From: Octopus sinensis
Lineage: Eukaryota
Reading direction: 5' to 3'
NCBI RefSeq assembly: GCF_006345805.1
Contig: NC_043007.1
Coordinates: 25,544,001-25,608,000 of the forward strand
DNA: 64,000 nucleotides
Shown piece by piece: positions 11,351 to 23,820 of this stretch (position 1 is the stretch's first letter; each line of letters opens with the position of its first letter). The notes below the pieces were generated by a model. That model had not been told where the DNA came from, ran no database searches, and was given only the letters and a program-made list of their open reading frames with translations. The translations under genes and the position numbers were made by a program.

Positions 11351-12353
11351 GTCAACCCAAAACCCTTGTGATAGAAGACATTTGCTCAAGGTTCTCTGCT
11401 GCAATGGGAGTGAGCCAAGAATCCTGTGATTGTGAAGAATATGTCTTAACCATACCATACCATACCGCATACCGACTGTTCCTTACCCCACCTCATTCTC
11501 ATGGTCTTGTGCCTATGCTAGAAATCAATATTTATTTCTAAAATAGATTAATTACAGCCATTTATTTGATGACTGTTTGTTTTGTTTTTGTTGTTTTCTT
11601 CTTCTTTTGTTGAACAATATTTCAAGAAACTGGAAAGAATCCAAGTCTAAACCAGGAATGTTTGAAACAGACAGGAGATAAATATTTCATAGAATCTCTT
11701 ATCTTTTATGTTTGGTTCGACTGTTTAGTTTTCTGATCCTGGGATTAGTTCAGTTATTGCCCGTTGTAGTTGTAGTTGCTGTTGTTGTAGTTTGTCTGTT
11801 TGAGAATGACTGAATGTAATTGTTACTCAATATTTCTCTGACAAGGCTGTCTGCAGTTAAATCGGTCGGTTGGTATCAATTACTCTGAAGGTCAGACTCT
11901 GCAGAAATCTGCAGCGAACCAGGTGTAAGTTTTTTTTTTGTTTTCATTAACTTAGCCATTACTGGAATAAGTGCTTTCTTGCAAGATATATTTTATCTGC
12001 TCTGCTGTCTGTCTGTTAGTCTGACTTGTCTAAGCTTGCTTTATTTAAGTCTGCCTTCAACTTAAGGTTTTCTCAAGTTACATATTACTGTTGTGGCTTT
12101 TTGACGAGGTAGTCAAGAGTTGTCTGAATATAGGTCAGTAAAAAGTTCATCTACACTTGGGATCAGTTAAGAAAACTCTTTTATTAATGGCCCCATTTAT
12201 AATTTTTCTTTTTTTTCCTTGTTTTTTTTTTTTGTTTTTGTTTATCTTACATTTGCCCTTGGCCAACATATTATATCATATTTTACATATAAATGTATCC
12301 CTATGTCCACCCATTTCTGTTACTGGCAATGCTTATGTAACTGGAAATTCAAC

Positions 12354-12357
<4 letters not shown>

Positions 12358-12385
<28 letters not shown>

Positions 12386-12705
12386 GTTTAACGTCCGCTT
12401 TCCATGCTAGCATGGATTGGACGATTTGACTGAGGACTGGCGAACCAGATGGCTGCACCAGGCTCCAATCTGATCTGGCAGAGTTTCTACAGCTGGATGC
12501 CCTTCCTAATGCCAACCACTCCGAGAGTGTAGTGGGTGCTTTTACGTGCCACCGGCACGAGGGCCAGTCAGGTGGTACTGGCAACGGCCATGCTCAAATG
12601 GTGCTTTTCACGTGCCACCAGCATAGGAGCCAGTCCAGCTGCACTGGCAACGACCTCGCTCAAATGTTTTTTCATGTGCCACCTGCACAAGTGCCAGTAA
12701 AGAAA
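12358..12705 (-). mobile_element. S5 RTE-like 3' end
   Basis: (ATC)n plus family body. Confidence 0.8.
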
Positions 12706-12761
12706 ATGACTTTCTGAAAGTCATCAACTATTCATTGGTTCATTTATATTAAATCCATTGA

Positions 12762-12982
12762 TCCTTTAGCATTTAAACCAGCCATATCTGGCCAAAATAT
12801 TCTACTTGTTTTATGTTCAAACTGACCAGACATGGCCTCTCACACCTACCCTACAATGTCATTCCAAATATAGACACTCACCTCATAAAAAATCCCGAAG
12901 CTACAAGATAATGCATGATTACTTCAAAAGAATGTGAATAAATAAGCCTTATGTTTGACAGAGTATTCTGAATGCTGAAGGA
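12762..12982. mobile_element. piggyBac-type MITE, TTGA-flanked copy
   Basis: Homologous along its length to 41868-42086; TIRs tcctttagcattta / tgaatgctgaagga; TTGA on both sides. Confidence 0.75.
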
Positions 12983-13190
12983 TTGAATATGCAAAGTTTG
13001 TGGTAAAAGTCTGAAGCACATGGACGATGAATACATCACAGGCCTGCTTATAAGGCCACCGCCTACTTATTGCTAAGCCCTCATTTGCACGCACTGTAAT
13101 GGAGTAGCTTGAAAAGAAACTACCTGTCCATAGATATGAGAGATGGGGGAAAGATTATAAGGGGTAAGGAACCAATCAGTTGTTTGTTTG

Positions 13191-13229
13191 TGAAAGTTCT
13201 TTCATCTCCACTTGCGACCTTTTCAGTGA
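13191..13229 (-). ncRNA. Degenerate hammerhead-like motif (left arm of fold-back)
   Basis: Minus strand: tca-CTGAAAA-g-gtcgc aagtg gagat-GAAA-gaac-TT-tca. Confidence 0.45.
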
Positions 13230-13299
13230 TTTAGTGACCCCCCCCCCTCTTGCTCCAAGGCCTGCCTTGCAGCGAGAGAGGAAATCACTAAGTCCCTGA

Positions 13300-13340
13300 G
13301 TCATTGAAAAGGTTGCGAACAGTGACTGAAGAAGTTTGAC
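13300..13340 (+). ncRNA. Hammerhead-like motif with U3-A8 core (right arm of fold-back)
   Basis: gtca-TTGAAAA-ggttgc gaaca gtgact-GAAG-aag-TT-tgac; 4-bp stem I and 6-bp stem II, but A15.1 is G. Confidence 0.55.
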
Positions 13341-13384
13341 TGACAAACAACATATTGATTCAGTTCTATATTTATAAATATAAA

Positions 13385-13872
13385 GATATTGATAAATCGG
13401 GTGTAGCCGATCATGTATGGGAAACTGGAGACCACCTGCCCCTGTGGGATGAAGTTAAAATAATAGACAGAGAACACCACTGGAAAATATGAAAACTAAA
13501 AGAAGCAGTACATATGCTAGGACGCAACGACCTCCTAAGCAGACCGAGTGCAGATATGAGCAGCATATGGGAACCGGTATTAAGGAAGGATAGAAAAATA
13601 TTAGATTTATAAACCCTAAAATTCATTCCATAATTACCCACGGGCATATGGCGTAGTGGTTAAGAGCACAGGCTACCAACCCCAAGATTCCGAGTTCGAT
13701 TCCAATAATGATAATAATAATAATAATAATAATAATGATAACATCGAAGAATACCTTAGGAATGAGAACCCAGGTACAAAAGACACCTGAAGAAGGCTGG
13801 AGGATATATCAGCCGAAATGTGTTAACAACAAACAAGATGAGGACAAATATCCGTCGAATGTAAATAATGTA
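13385..13872 (+). mobile_element. 5'-truncated Penelope-like element: GIY-YIG C-terminus + 3' region with tRNA-like head and hammerhead
   Basis: 13385-13612 reads DIDKSGVADHVWETGDHLPLWDEVKIIDREHHWKI*KLKEAVHMLGRNDLLSRPSADMSSIWEPVLRKDRKILDL*, the typical PLE endonuclease tail (S-x-x-A-x-H...W...I-L-D-R-E...E-A-x-H...IW-x-P). The internal TGA is consistent with CGA decay. Confidence 0.8.
13782..13824 (+). ncRNA. Penelope pLTR-type hammerhead, stem III/NUH deleted
   Basis: gacac-CTGAAGA-a-ggctg gaggatatat cagcc-GAAA-t-gtgtt. Confidence 0.65.
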
Positions 13873-14196
13873 ACATTGATTGTTTAACCAGCACATTAAA
13901 GAACCGATTGATTAGTTATAAGGGCTAACTGTACCAGAGAAACCTTGCTGATGTTAACTACAATGATGTTGCTTTCCCTGAAGTGAGAGACAGACAGACA
14001 GTCAGAGAGACAGACAGACAAATACAGACAGACAGAGAGCACTGATGTGTGACCTGCAATCAAGGTCTCCAGCAGATCTGGTTTCATTGGTATTACACTG
14101 CTGGCCACCACTGAAATTAACAGCACACGAAACAGTAATGATTAAAATAAAAGCTGTGTACATTTATATGTAACATATTTTATCTTTTATCTTGTA

Positions 14197-14627
14197 TCTT
14201 TTTACTTGTTTCAGTCATTAAACCATGGCCATGCTGGGGCACCGCCTTGAAGAATTTTTAGTTGAATGAATTGACCCAAGAATTTTAAAATTTTTTACTT
14301 GGTTTTTATTCTGTTAATCTCTTTTGCTGTATCACTAAATCATGGGGACATAATCACACCAGCATCAGTTGTCAAGGGATACTGGGGAGCAAACACAGTC
14401 ACAAAGGTGCACGCATGCGCGCACATACACGTTCATACACACTCACACACACACACACACACACGCACACACACTTCTTTCAGTTTCATCTACCAAATCC
14501 CATCACAAGGCTTTGGTTGGCCCAGGGCTGTAGTAGAAGACACTTCCCCCAAGGTACCACGCAGTGGGATTGAACCTGTAACCATATGGCCAGGAGGCAA
14601 GCTTCTTACAACACAGTCATGTCTGCA
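14197..14627 (-). mobile_element. S1 SINE, older copy
   Basis: Degenerate full-length match. Confidence 0.75.
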
Positions 14628-14871
14628 CTTATTTGCCTACATTCATATATGGAATATATCTTTGCTGCAGCAACTGTCTTGGAGAAATTCTCCTTGCAGG
14701 CTATATATATGTGAAAACATACCAAGCTGATGCCGTTGGACTGTAAAACATTTGTTTCCGTGTAGTTACGTTTCATTAGTTACGGACACTGAATCCTCTA
14801 AGAACTGCTGTACTGTAAACAGCAAAATGTACACTGGCTGGTGAGTGCTAAGTTTTATAGACAATAATTAA

Positions 14872-15257
14872 GTGGAGGTGCAATGACCCAGTGGTTAGGG
14901 CAGCAGACTCGTGGTCATAGGATCACGGTTTCGATTCCCAGACCGGGCGTTGTGAGTGTTTATTGTGCGAAAACACCTAAAAAGCTCCACGAGGCTCCGG
15001 CAGGGGATGGTGGTGATCCCTGCTGTACTCTTTCACCACAACTTTCTCTCATTCTTACTTCCTGTTTCTGTTGTACCTGTATTTCAAGGGGCCAGCCTTG
15101 TCACTGTCTGTGTCACGCTGAATATCCCCGAGAACTACGTTAAGAGTACACGTGTCTGTGGAGTGCTCAGCCACTTACACATTAATTTCACGAGCGGGCT
15201 GTTCTGTTGATTCGGATCAACCGGAACCCTCATCGTCGAAACCGACGGAGTGCTTCC
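14872..15257 (+). mobile_element. S4 tRNA-derived SINE with 13-bp TSD
   Basis: TSD agacaataattaa at 14859-14871 and 15258-15270; near-identical to 62079-62460. Confidence 0.9.
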
Positions 15258-15604
15258 AGACAATAATTAATAATGAAGATGGCTATTTATGACTATTTCC
15301 ATCATCTTTGAATCCTTTGCGTTGCATAAAATATACACCAGTAATAGATAGAGTCAAAGAAGATACTTTTGTAGAAACTGACACATCCTGAATACATATG
15401 ATTGCATCAGATAATTAGTTGGCTTCGGGATTCTAAGGCCCTATTCACAGTCAAGAAGTTCCCTTTTTTCCAATCACATTCTGTATAATCTGAACAGAAC
15501 TTGAGCCAACAAGAAGAGACTCTATGTGGTTACTTGCTTTGATAAGAAATAGAAATCTCCTTCATTGCAACCTAAGATAAAGATGAGACATATTAGATAA
15601 TGTA

Positions 15605-16116
15605 CCGTAAATCCTCAAGTATAATCCGCACTTTTCCCCCAAAATTTAAAGGTCAGAATCCCTAGTGCATACTATATACGAGGTTAAAAATGAAAAATAT
15701 TTTCTAAGCAGTGTCCGAATCTCTATTTGCTGTCCAGCAATATTTATTCAGACGTATTTTGTGATATCAGGCACGAAAATACCTTAAGCTAAGCCTGAAA
15801 GCAATGAAGTCATAAAAGAATCATCCATAACTTACAATAAGCAACATTTATTAAACGTTATTACTGTTATTTCTTTATTTTCTGCAAACAATATGCACAA
15901 ACAAGCTACACGTTTGCATTATGTTATATATACAATAATAATAAAGGACGTTACCGTATACATTTTTACAAACCGAGGACATGATATAGACCTCCTTGAC
16001 TCAAGTTAGAGAAGGGGTGCATATTATACACAAGGTTTAGGTTTTTCAGAGGTACATCCCCCTAAAAATCCCCTGCGTATTATACTCAAGGGCAGACTAT
16101 ACTCGAGGATTTATGG
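15605..16116. mobile_element. Tc1/mariner (Tc2/pogo-like) MITE, 512 bp, TA TSD
   Basis: TA-ccgtaaatcctcaagtataatccgc ... gcagactatactcgaggatttatgg-TA. Confidence 0.85.
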
Positions 16117-16134
16117 TAATCTTACTTAATTTAA

Positions 16135-16330
16135 GCCCTTCACTTCCTATGGAGCATTGGCTGTTGGTGACATTTCTTTGCTGACCTTAATTCTGGGCCA
16201 TCTTTTCTGGTTCTCTCCAGTTCGATCCCTGCTTTTGCAGCTCTGTTTCCTTTTGGATTTTGCTGTATCACGTCATATCTTTCCCTGAGGAAAGGCCTTC
16301 CTCTCCTCTCCTAGGGCTTGTTGGGTTTGA
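16135..16330 (-). mobile_element. Decayed RTE-clade LINE C-terminus
   Basis: Minus translation RRGRP...ETELQKQGSNWREPEKMAQN*...CSIGSE resembles RTE ORF ends. Confidence 0.5.
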
Positions 16331-16999
16331 ATTATCATCGATACTTCTGTAACTTTAATTTTTTTCTAAGTAGAGGTGTTGGCTCTATGCAAACCCATTT
16401 TTACCTCTGTGAAGTGGTGGTTCATGTTAACCTGGCATCTGTTCTTTGACCTGTCCAGCATTGGAGGCCCAACCAGGACCTTGTGCTTCACTGGCATAGC
16501 TCTCAGGGTATACAAGCCACTACATTGTAACAAGCACTGAACCTTGTAGTGGATGATGTAGTCCAACATACTGTAAAAAATACCCAGCAGGATGTTCACA
16601 GATGATGCATCTTTGATCAAGAATCTGCTCTAACAAGACTGACCTGGAGCAGAAACTGCTGGCAAATTTTATCTTTACAAATAAGTAAAGTTTATTATAC
16701 ATAAGTGATGCTTTTAGAATTTCAGAAATGTCAAAATTTTAGCAAAAAATAAAGACAAATTTCAAAAAAACAAAAAAGGGGGGTTAAGAGAAAAATTTTC
16801 TGTTTATTTTCAAATTTCCAAATAATATTTTGTCTCAGATGTTTTATGCTATTGTTGTTGTGTGATGCATAGCCTCTGGTCAGCCCTTGTCAAGCAAGAG
16901 GTAGGTATGTAGTTTGGTCAGTTGGTAGGCTAATTGGTAGGTTAAACAAGTAGTGTTGTTTGCAAGTCTATAATTTTCAGTGATGAAACTTTATTAACC

Positions 17000-17742
17000 A
17001 TGCAGGCATGACTATGTGGTAAGAACTACATGATTCTGGGTTCAGCCCGATTGCTTGGCACCTTTGGCAAGTGTTTTCTTCTATAGCCTTGGGCTGGCCA
17101 AAGCCTTGTGAGTGGGTTTGGTAGATGGAAACTGAAAGAAGCCTATACGTAAAAAACACCATTTGAGCGTGGCCGTTGCCAGTACCGCCTGACTGGCCCT
17201 CGTGCCGGTGACACATGAAAGCACCCACTACACTCTCGGAGTGGTTGGCGTCAGGAAGGGCATCCAGCTGTAGAAACTCTGCCAGATCAAGACTGTAGCC
17301 TGGTGCAGCCATCTTGTTCGACAGCCCACAGTCAAACCGTCCAACCCATGCTAGCATGGAAAGCGAAGGTTAAACGATGATGATGATGATATATATATAT
17401 ATATATATTCAATCTGGAGCAGGAGTGGCTGTGTGGTAAGTAGCTTGCTAACCAACCACATGGTTCCGGTCTCAGTCCGTAGATGGAAACTGAAAGAAGC
17501 CTGTCGTATATATGTATATATATATATGTGTCTGTGTTTGTCCCCCTAGCATTGCTTGACAACTGATGCTGGTGTGTTTACGTCCCTGTCACTTAGCGGT
17601 TCGGCAAAAGAAACCAATAGAATAAGTACTGGGCTTACAAAGAATAAGTCCCGGGGTCGATTTGCTCGACTAAAGGCGGTGCTCCAGCATGGCCGCAGTC
17701 AAATGACTGAAGCAAGTAAAAGAGTAAAAGAGTAAAAGAGTA
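17000..17742 (+). mobile_element. Cluster: S1 head, S5 3' end (17150-17389) and internally deleted S1 (17416-17742)
   Basis: Family motifs and (GAT)n tail. Confidence 0.75.
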
Positions 17743-18314
17743 ATTGTTAGAACAGTATGGTCAAATTTGGTGTAAAGATTTGGTTGCTATGTCTAGCAGC
17801 CTGACCACAACTGCATAGAGGTTTCCTTGTTGGCTTGCAGTTTGTCCTGATAATAGTTGGTTTGGCATCAAGAGTCTACCAAATGTCGTCAGCAAATGAC
17901 TATTCTGTCTCGTTAGACTTAAAAAAAACCTTCGGGCATCAAACATTAGTTATTTGTTCCAAGCAAGTTAACTAATGTTTTCATTAATGCAATTTATTTA
18001 ATATGCATAACAACTGTCATAAAGCCAGGAAAACAACTTCCTCCTTCATTTGACATCTGGCTTTTTTCATGTGTCTTTTTGTGTTTTTTTTATGAGAGTT
18101 TTATTTTTGTTTTTTTTTTTACGAGGGGATTTTTATTTTTGTTGTTTTTTCTTTTTATTATTTTTATTTACTTTTTGTAATTTATATATAGAGAGGGAGA
18201 CAGTAATTCTAGTTGACAGTTACTGTTTTATTGATTTATTGATCTTTCGTCCTTTCTTTGTTTCTGGGGACTAGCAAATCTGAATTAACATCTCAAATAG
18301 CTAATGAATAATTA

Positions 18315-18378
<64 letters not shown>

Positions 18379-18665
18379 ATATATATATATGTGTGTGTTG
18401 GTGTGTGTGTATATATATATATGTGTGTGGTGGTTGTATGTGTGTGTGTATATATATATATATGTGGTGTGTGTGTGTGTGTGTGTATGTATATATATAT
18501 ATATATGTGTGTGTGTGTATATATATATGTGTGTGTGTGTGTGTGTATATATATATGTGTGTGTGTGTGTGGTGTAATATATATATGGTGTGTGTGTGTG
18601 TATATATATATGTGTGTGTGTGTGTGTATATATATTATGTGTGTGTGTGTGTTATTATATATATA

Positions 18666-18696
<31 letters not shown>

Positions 18697-18875
18697 GTGT
18701 GTGTGTGTGGTGTGTATATATATATATGTGTGTGTGTGTGTGTATATATATATAGTGTGTGTGTGTGTGTATATATATATATGTGTGTGTGTGTGTATAT
18801 ATATTATATGTGTGTGTGTGTATATATATATATTGTGTGTGTGTGTGTATATATATATATGTGTGTGTGTGTGTG

Positions 18876-18918
<43 letters not shown>

Positions 18919-19000
18919 GTGTGTGTGTGTGTGTATATATATATATGTGTGTGTTTATACACAGACACACGCGCAAACACACACACACACACACATATCT
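18315..19000. repeat. Long compound (TG)n(TA)n microsatellite
   Basis: Directly visible; source of several spurious ORFs. Confidence 0.95.
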
Positions 19001-19484
19001 CAGTCATCATCATTCAATGTCCATTTTTCCATGCTTGCATGTGTCAGACAGAATTTATTGAGGCAGATTTTTCTAAGGCTTGATGCCCTTCTTGATGCCA
19101 ACCCCCCCACTCCCCACCTATTTCCAAGTAAAATAATATCTTCCTATTGCTAGACACGGCACTGAAAACGAAGACCCTTACAACCATCACATGATGTCTA
19201 GACAAGAATGCACACACAAACATACACACACGCATAATATTCTTTTATTTTACTTGATTCAGTCATTTGGCTGCAGCCCTGCCTTAAAGGGTTTTTTAGT
19301 CAAAGAAATCAATTCTCGGGACTTATTCTTTGTAAACCTAGAACTTACTGTATCAGTATCTTTTGCCGAACCACTAAGTTACAGTGATGTGAACACACCA
19401 GCATCAGTTGTCAAGCAACGGTGGGGGGAACAAATGCAGATACAAAGACACACTCACATAAATATATAGATATACATACATACA

Positions 19485-19818
19485 AGGTGCGTGGCTCAGT
19501 GGTTAGAGTGTCGAGCTTACGATCGTGAGGTTGTGAGCTCGAATCCCGGACCGGGTTGCGTGTTGTGTTCTTGAGCAAAACACTTTATTTCACGTTGCTC
19601 CAGTTCACTCAGCTGTAGAAATGAGTTGCGACGTCACAGGTGCCAAGCTGTATCGGCCCTTGCCTTTCCCTTGGACAACATCGGTGACGTGGAGAGGGGA
19701 GACCGGTATGCATGGGCGACTGCTGGTCTTCCATAAAACAACCTTGCCCAGACTTGTACATCAGAGGGTAACTCTCTAGGTGCAAACTCATGGTCAGTGT
19801 CTGACCGAGGGGGGTCAC
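19485..19818 (+). mobile_element. S3 SINE nested inside a minus-strand S1 (19245-20010)
   Basis: A/B boxes tggctcagtgg / agctcgaatccc; S1 halves on both sides. Confidence 0.8.
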
Positions 19819-20162
19819 CATTTGTACATACATACAATGTACATGTGTGTTTGTGTGTGTATGATGGGCTTCTTTCAGTTTCTGTCTACCAAATCCACTC
19901 ACAAGGCTTTGGTTGGCCTGGGGCTAGAGTAGAAGACACTTGCCCAAGGTACCACACAGTGGGACTGAACCCAGAACCATGTGGTCAGGAAGCAAGCTTC
20001 TTACCACACAGCCTGGCTTGTTTCAGTTTCTATCTACTAAATCTAATTACAAGGCTTCGGTCACATAAGGCTATAGTAGAAGACACTTGCTTGAGGTGCT
20101 GCACAATGGAACTCATCCTGAGACACATGTTAGCGAAGAAAGCTTCTGAACCACAGGCACTC

Positions 20163-20208
<46 letters not shown>

Positions 20209-20293
20209 GTGTGCATGTATATATGTTTGGTCCCTGTATCATCTGTCCTCTACGAAAATCATTACAACACTTAGATAAAGCTATTTTACTTCA

Positions 20294-20432
20294 CTCTCCT
20301 ACCCTGATGTAATCTCCAGGGATACAGGCATCCAGCAACAGGACCTCCATAATGCTATGATGGACCGTGAAGTCTGGCATTGCATAGTAAATTCCATTGT
20401 CTCGACCACGGTCGAGCAATGATGATGATGAT
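20294..20432 (+). mobile_element. RTE-clade LINE extreme 3' end with (TGA)n tail
   Basis: LSYPDVISRDTGIQQQDLHNAMMDREVWHCIVNSIVSTTVEQ* then tgatgatgat. Confidence 0.65.
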
Positions 20433-20939
20433 TTCACTTCAACTGGCTCTGCTCTCTCTAACATCATGCCAAGACACATGAAAGAAAAAAAAGGACATTC
20501 AAACGAGTCCTAGACAAATATCTCCAAAAATTCCAGATAAACCTTCTATACTTGAATATATTGTCGATAAACAATAACTATTTACACAAATGGAAGATGA
20601 GGCCCAATGAATGACTGTAATATAAAGCATAATTAAATGTTTTTTCTAGGTGGTGCTATTAAGCTAGGTATGCCCTACACCAATTATGGTCTCTACAGCT
20701 GGATGCTCTCCCTAATGCCAGCCATCATACAGAGTGTACTGGGTGCTCTTTACGTGGCACTGGCATGGCTGCTTTTTTATGTGGCACCACTCTCTACGAG
20801 CCTGCAAGATTAGAACACATCTCAGGACTTAAGACAATTGTGCAGCAGAATCATGTTAGAATTTTATATGCTGAAAGTAAAATTTTAATTAAAAATGTAT
20901 AATTCTTCATTCTTTATTATGTCTTTTTATTATGTCTTT

Positions 20940-21400
20940 CTAATATATATGTGTGGTGTGTATATATATATAATTATATATTATATATATATATAATGTA
21001 TATATATGTATATATATAATGTATATATATGTAGTATATAATGTATATATATTATATATAATGTAATATAATGTTATATATATAATGTATATCTACGTAT
21101 ATATGTATATTAATGTATATATATGTATTATTGTATATTATATGTATATTAATGTATATATATGTATATATGTATATATATTTATATATGTATATATATG
21201 TATATTATGTATATATGTGTTAATATTATATACATATATAATGTGTATATTATGTTATATGTATATATATATATATGTATGTAATAGCTGTATGTATATG
21301 TATATATGTATGTATATAATGTATGTATATATATATATGTATGTATATGTGTATGTATATATATATATATACACACACACATACACGCACACACACACAC
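20940..21400. repeat. Degenerate TA/TATG low-complexity tract
   Basis: Directly visible. Confidence 0.9.
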
Positions 21401-21832
21401 TTAAGCACATGCACATGCCAGTTAGTTGACAATAACATAATATATATATATTAATGGTCAACACCAGTATAATATACATATCATTTCATTAATGCCAACG
21501 CAATATCAGTTGGTCAGTGTCAACATAATATACATCATTTAGTCAACACCGACTTAATGTAAGATTTATTAAATGTAATATAACTGAAATGGAACAATCA
21601 AAATGCTTAAAATATGAATAATGACAACACTAATGTTAAAAGTCATCTACTTTATTAAGAAAGAGCTAATTATTCAATTAAATCTTACAGTATATATAAC
21701 ACTATATATTATATACAATACTACATAATATGGACAATATATATACAATACAATATCTTATATATATCATGACTTTATGCCATGAAAGAATTTCATATCT
21801 TTAAGGAGAACTAATTGATATATGTGTACAGT

Positions 21833-22095
21833 TAAGGATCTGTTAATGTTTCATTCATTCATGAAAAAGTCCCAGCACCATGCTTGCTATGCATTATATA
21901 TGTATAATTATAAGACCTTTTGCCATTGATGATTGTCTGTGTAACTTGTGAAACTTGTATGTGATACTAAGGATCTGTTAATATCTTTCATTCATGAAAA
22001 AGTCCCAGCACCATGTTGCTATGTATTATATATGTATAATTATAAGACCTTTTCCCATTGATGATTGTCTGTGCAACTTGTGAAACTTGTATGTA
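21833..22095. repeat. Tandem duplication, ~135-bp unit x2
   Basis: taaggatctgttaat... starts at 21833 and 21968. Confidence 0.9.
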
Positions 22096-22640
22096 ATGCA
22101 GCAAATGCCTGGATAGTGTTCTGTCGGAAAATATCAGACTCTACAGGTTCAGGGATGGGTGTGTGCTTAAAAAGCTTGCTTTGTAACCTTATGGTTTCGG
22201 GTTCAGTCTCACTGTATGACACCTTGGGCAAGTGTCTTCTACTATAGCCCTGAACCAATTAATGCCTTGTGAGGAAATTTGCTGGATGGAAACTGTGCTA
22301 AAGCCCATTGTTTATGTATATATGTATGGGTATGTGTGTGTTTGTCTTTCACCTCTACTTGACAACAAGTGTTGGTTTTGTTGACATCCTCAGAGAAGTT
22401 AGACAAAAGCGATCAATAGAATAAGTATCAAACTTTAAAAAAAAAGCATTAAACAAAGCAAAGAAAAAAGCAAAAACAAGTACTGGGGTTTGATTTGTTT
22501 GACTAAAATCCTTCAAGGCAGTGCCCCAGCTTGGCCACAGACTAAAGCCTGAAATGATCATAGGATAAAAGTCTATCCTGGTATTAACATTCACCATACA
22601 GCATTGCACATAGCCTAGTGGTAAGAGCATTACACCCATA

Positions 22641-23049
22641 TACTCTTTACTCTTTTACTTGTTTCAGTCATTTGACTGTGGCCATGCTGGAGCACCACCT
22701 TTAGTCGAGCAACTTGACCCTGGGACTTATTCTTTGTAAGCCCAGTACTTATTCTATCGGTCTTTTTTGCCGAACCGCTAAGTGACGGGGACGTAAACAC
22801 ACCAGCATCGGTTGTCAAGCGATGTTCGGGGGACAAACACAGACACACAAACACACACATACATATATACATACATACATATATACGACAGGCTTCTTTC
22901 AGTTTCTGTCTACCAAATCCACTCACAAGGCTTTGGTCGGCCCGAGGCTATAGCAGAAGACACTTGCCCAAGGTGCCACGCAGTGGGACTGAACCCGGAA
23001 CCATGTGGTTGGTTAGCAAGCTACTTACCACACAGCCACTCCTGCGCCT
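22641..23049 (-). mobile_element. S1 SINE, full length
   Basis: Complete family match. Confidence 0.9.
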
Positions 23050-23405
23050 ATGTTCAAAAGGTCTGATGTTCAATTCCTAGGACCTCAGTGCATTGAGTCC
23101 TTGAGGAAGGCACGTACTTCATTTCATGTTGCCTTCAATTTACTCAGCTGAAATGAGTACCAGCTGAGTGCTGATGTGGCCCTCTCTCCCTCGTCTCCTG
23201 CCAGCTGTTACATCCTGGACGGGAAGGGCCTCTGTGTGTTGGAGACTACAGAGACATCTGAAGCAATTAACACGGTACATGTTACCAAGTTACGCTGGAT
23301 TCTGAGTGACAGCTGTACTTTGTAGTCTATAGCAAAGTATATATTGCAAAAACTAGTTACACACACACACACACACACATATTTATATGCATATACATAC
23401 ATACA

Positions 23406-23782
23406 TGTATGCTACTTATACCAGCGATCTGGTAACACACACACACACATACACACATTTATATGCATATCCAAACGTGGCCGATGCCAGACCCCTCTGG
23501 CACCTGTGCAGGTGGCACGTAAAAAAACACCCACTACACTCGCGGAGTGGTTGGCGTTAGGAAGGGCATCCAGCTGTAGAAACACTGCCAGACTAGACTG
23601 GAGCCTGGGGCAGTCCCGAGCTCCCCAGACCCCGGTCGAAACCGTCCAACCCGTGCTAGCGCGGAAAACGGACGTTAAACGATGATGATGATGATGATGA
23701 TGATGACATACACGCACACAGTCACGCACACATATGCATATATATACATACATGCATGTATGCTACTTATACCAGCGATCTG

Positions 23783-23820
<38 letters not shown>

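Noticed and set aside
16370-16690. Possible RTE 5' UTR with an HDV-like ribozyme
   Set aside because: Only a vague resemblance; I could not build the nested double pseudoknot by eye.
18343-19083. 246-aa Cys/Val/Tyr/Ile-rich ORF and overlapping ORFs
   Set aside because: Translation of (TG)n(TA)n microsatellite, which simply lacks stops in several frames.
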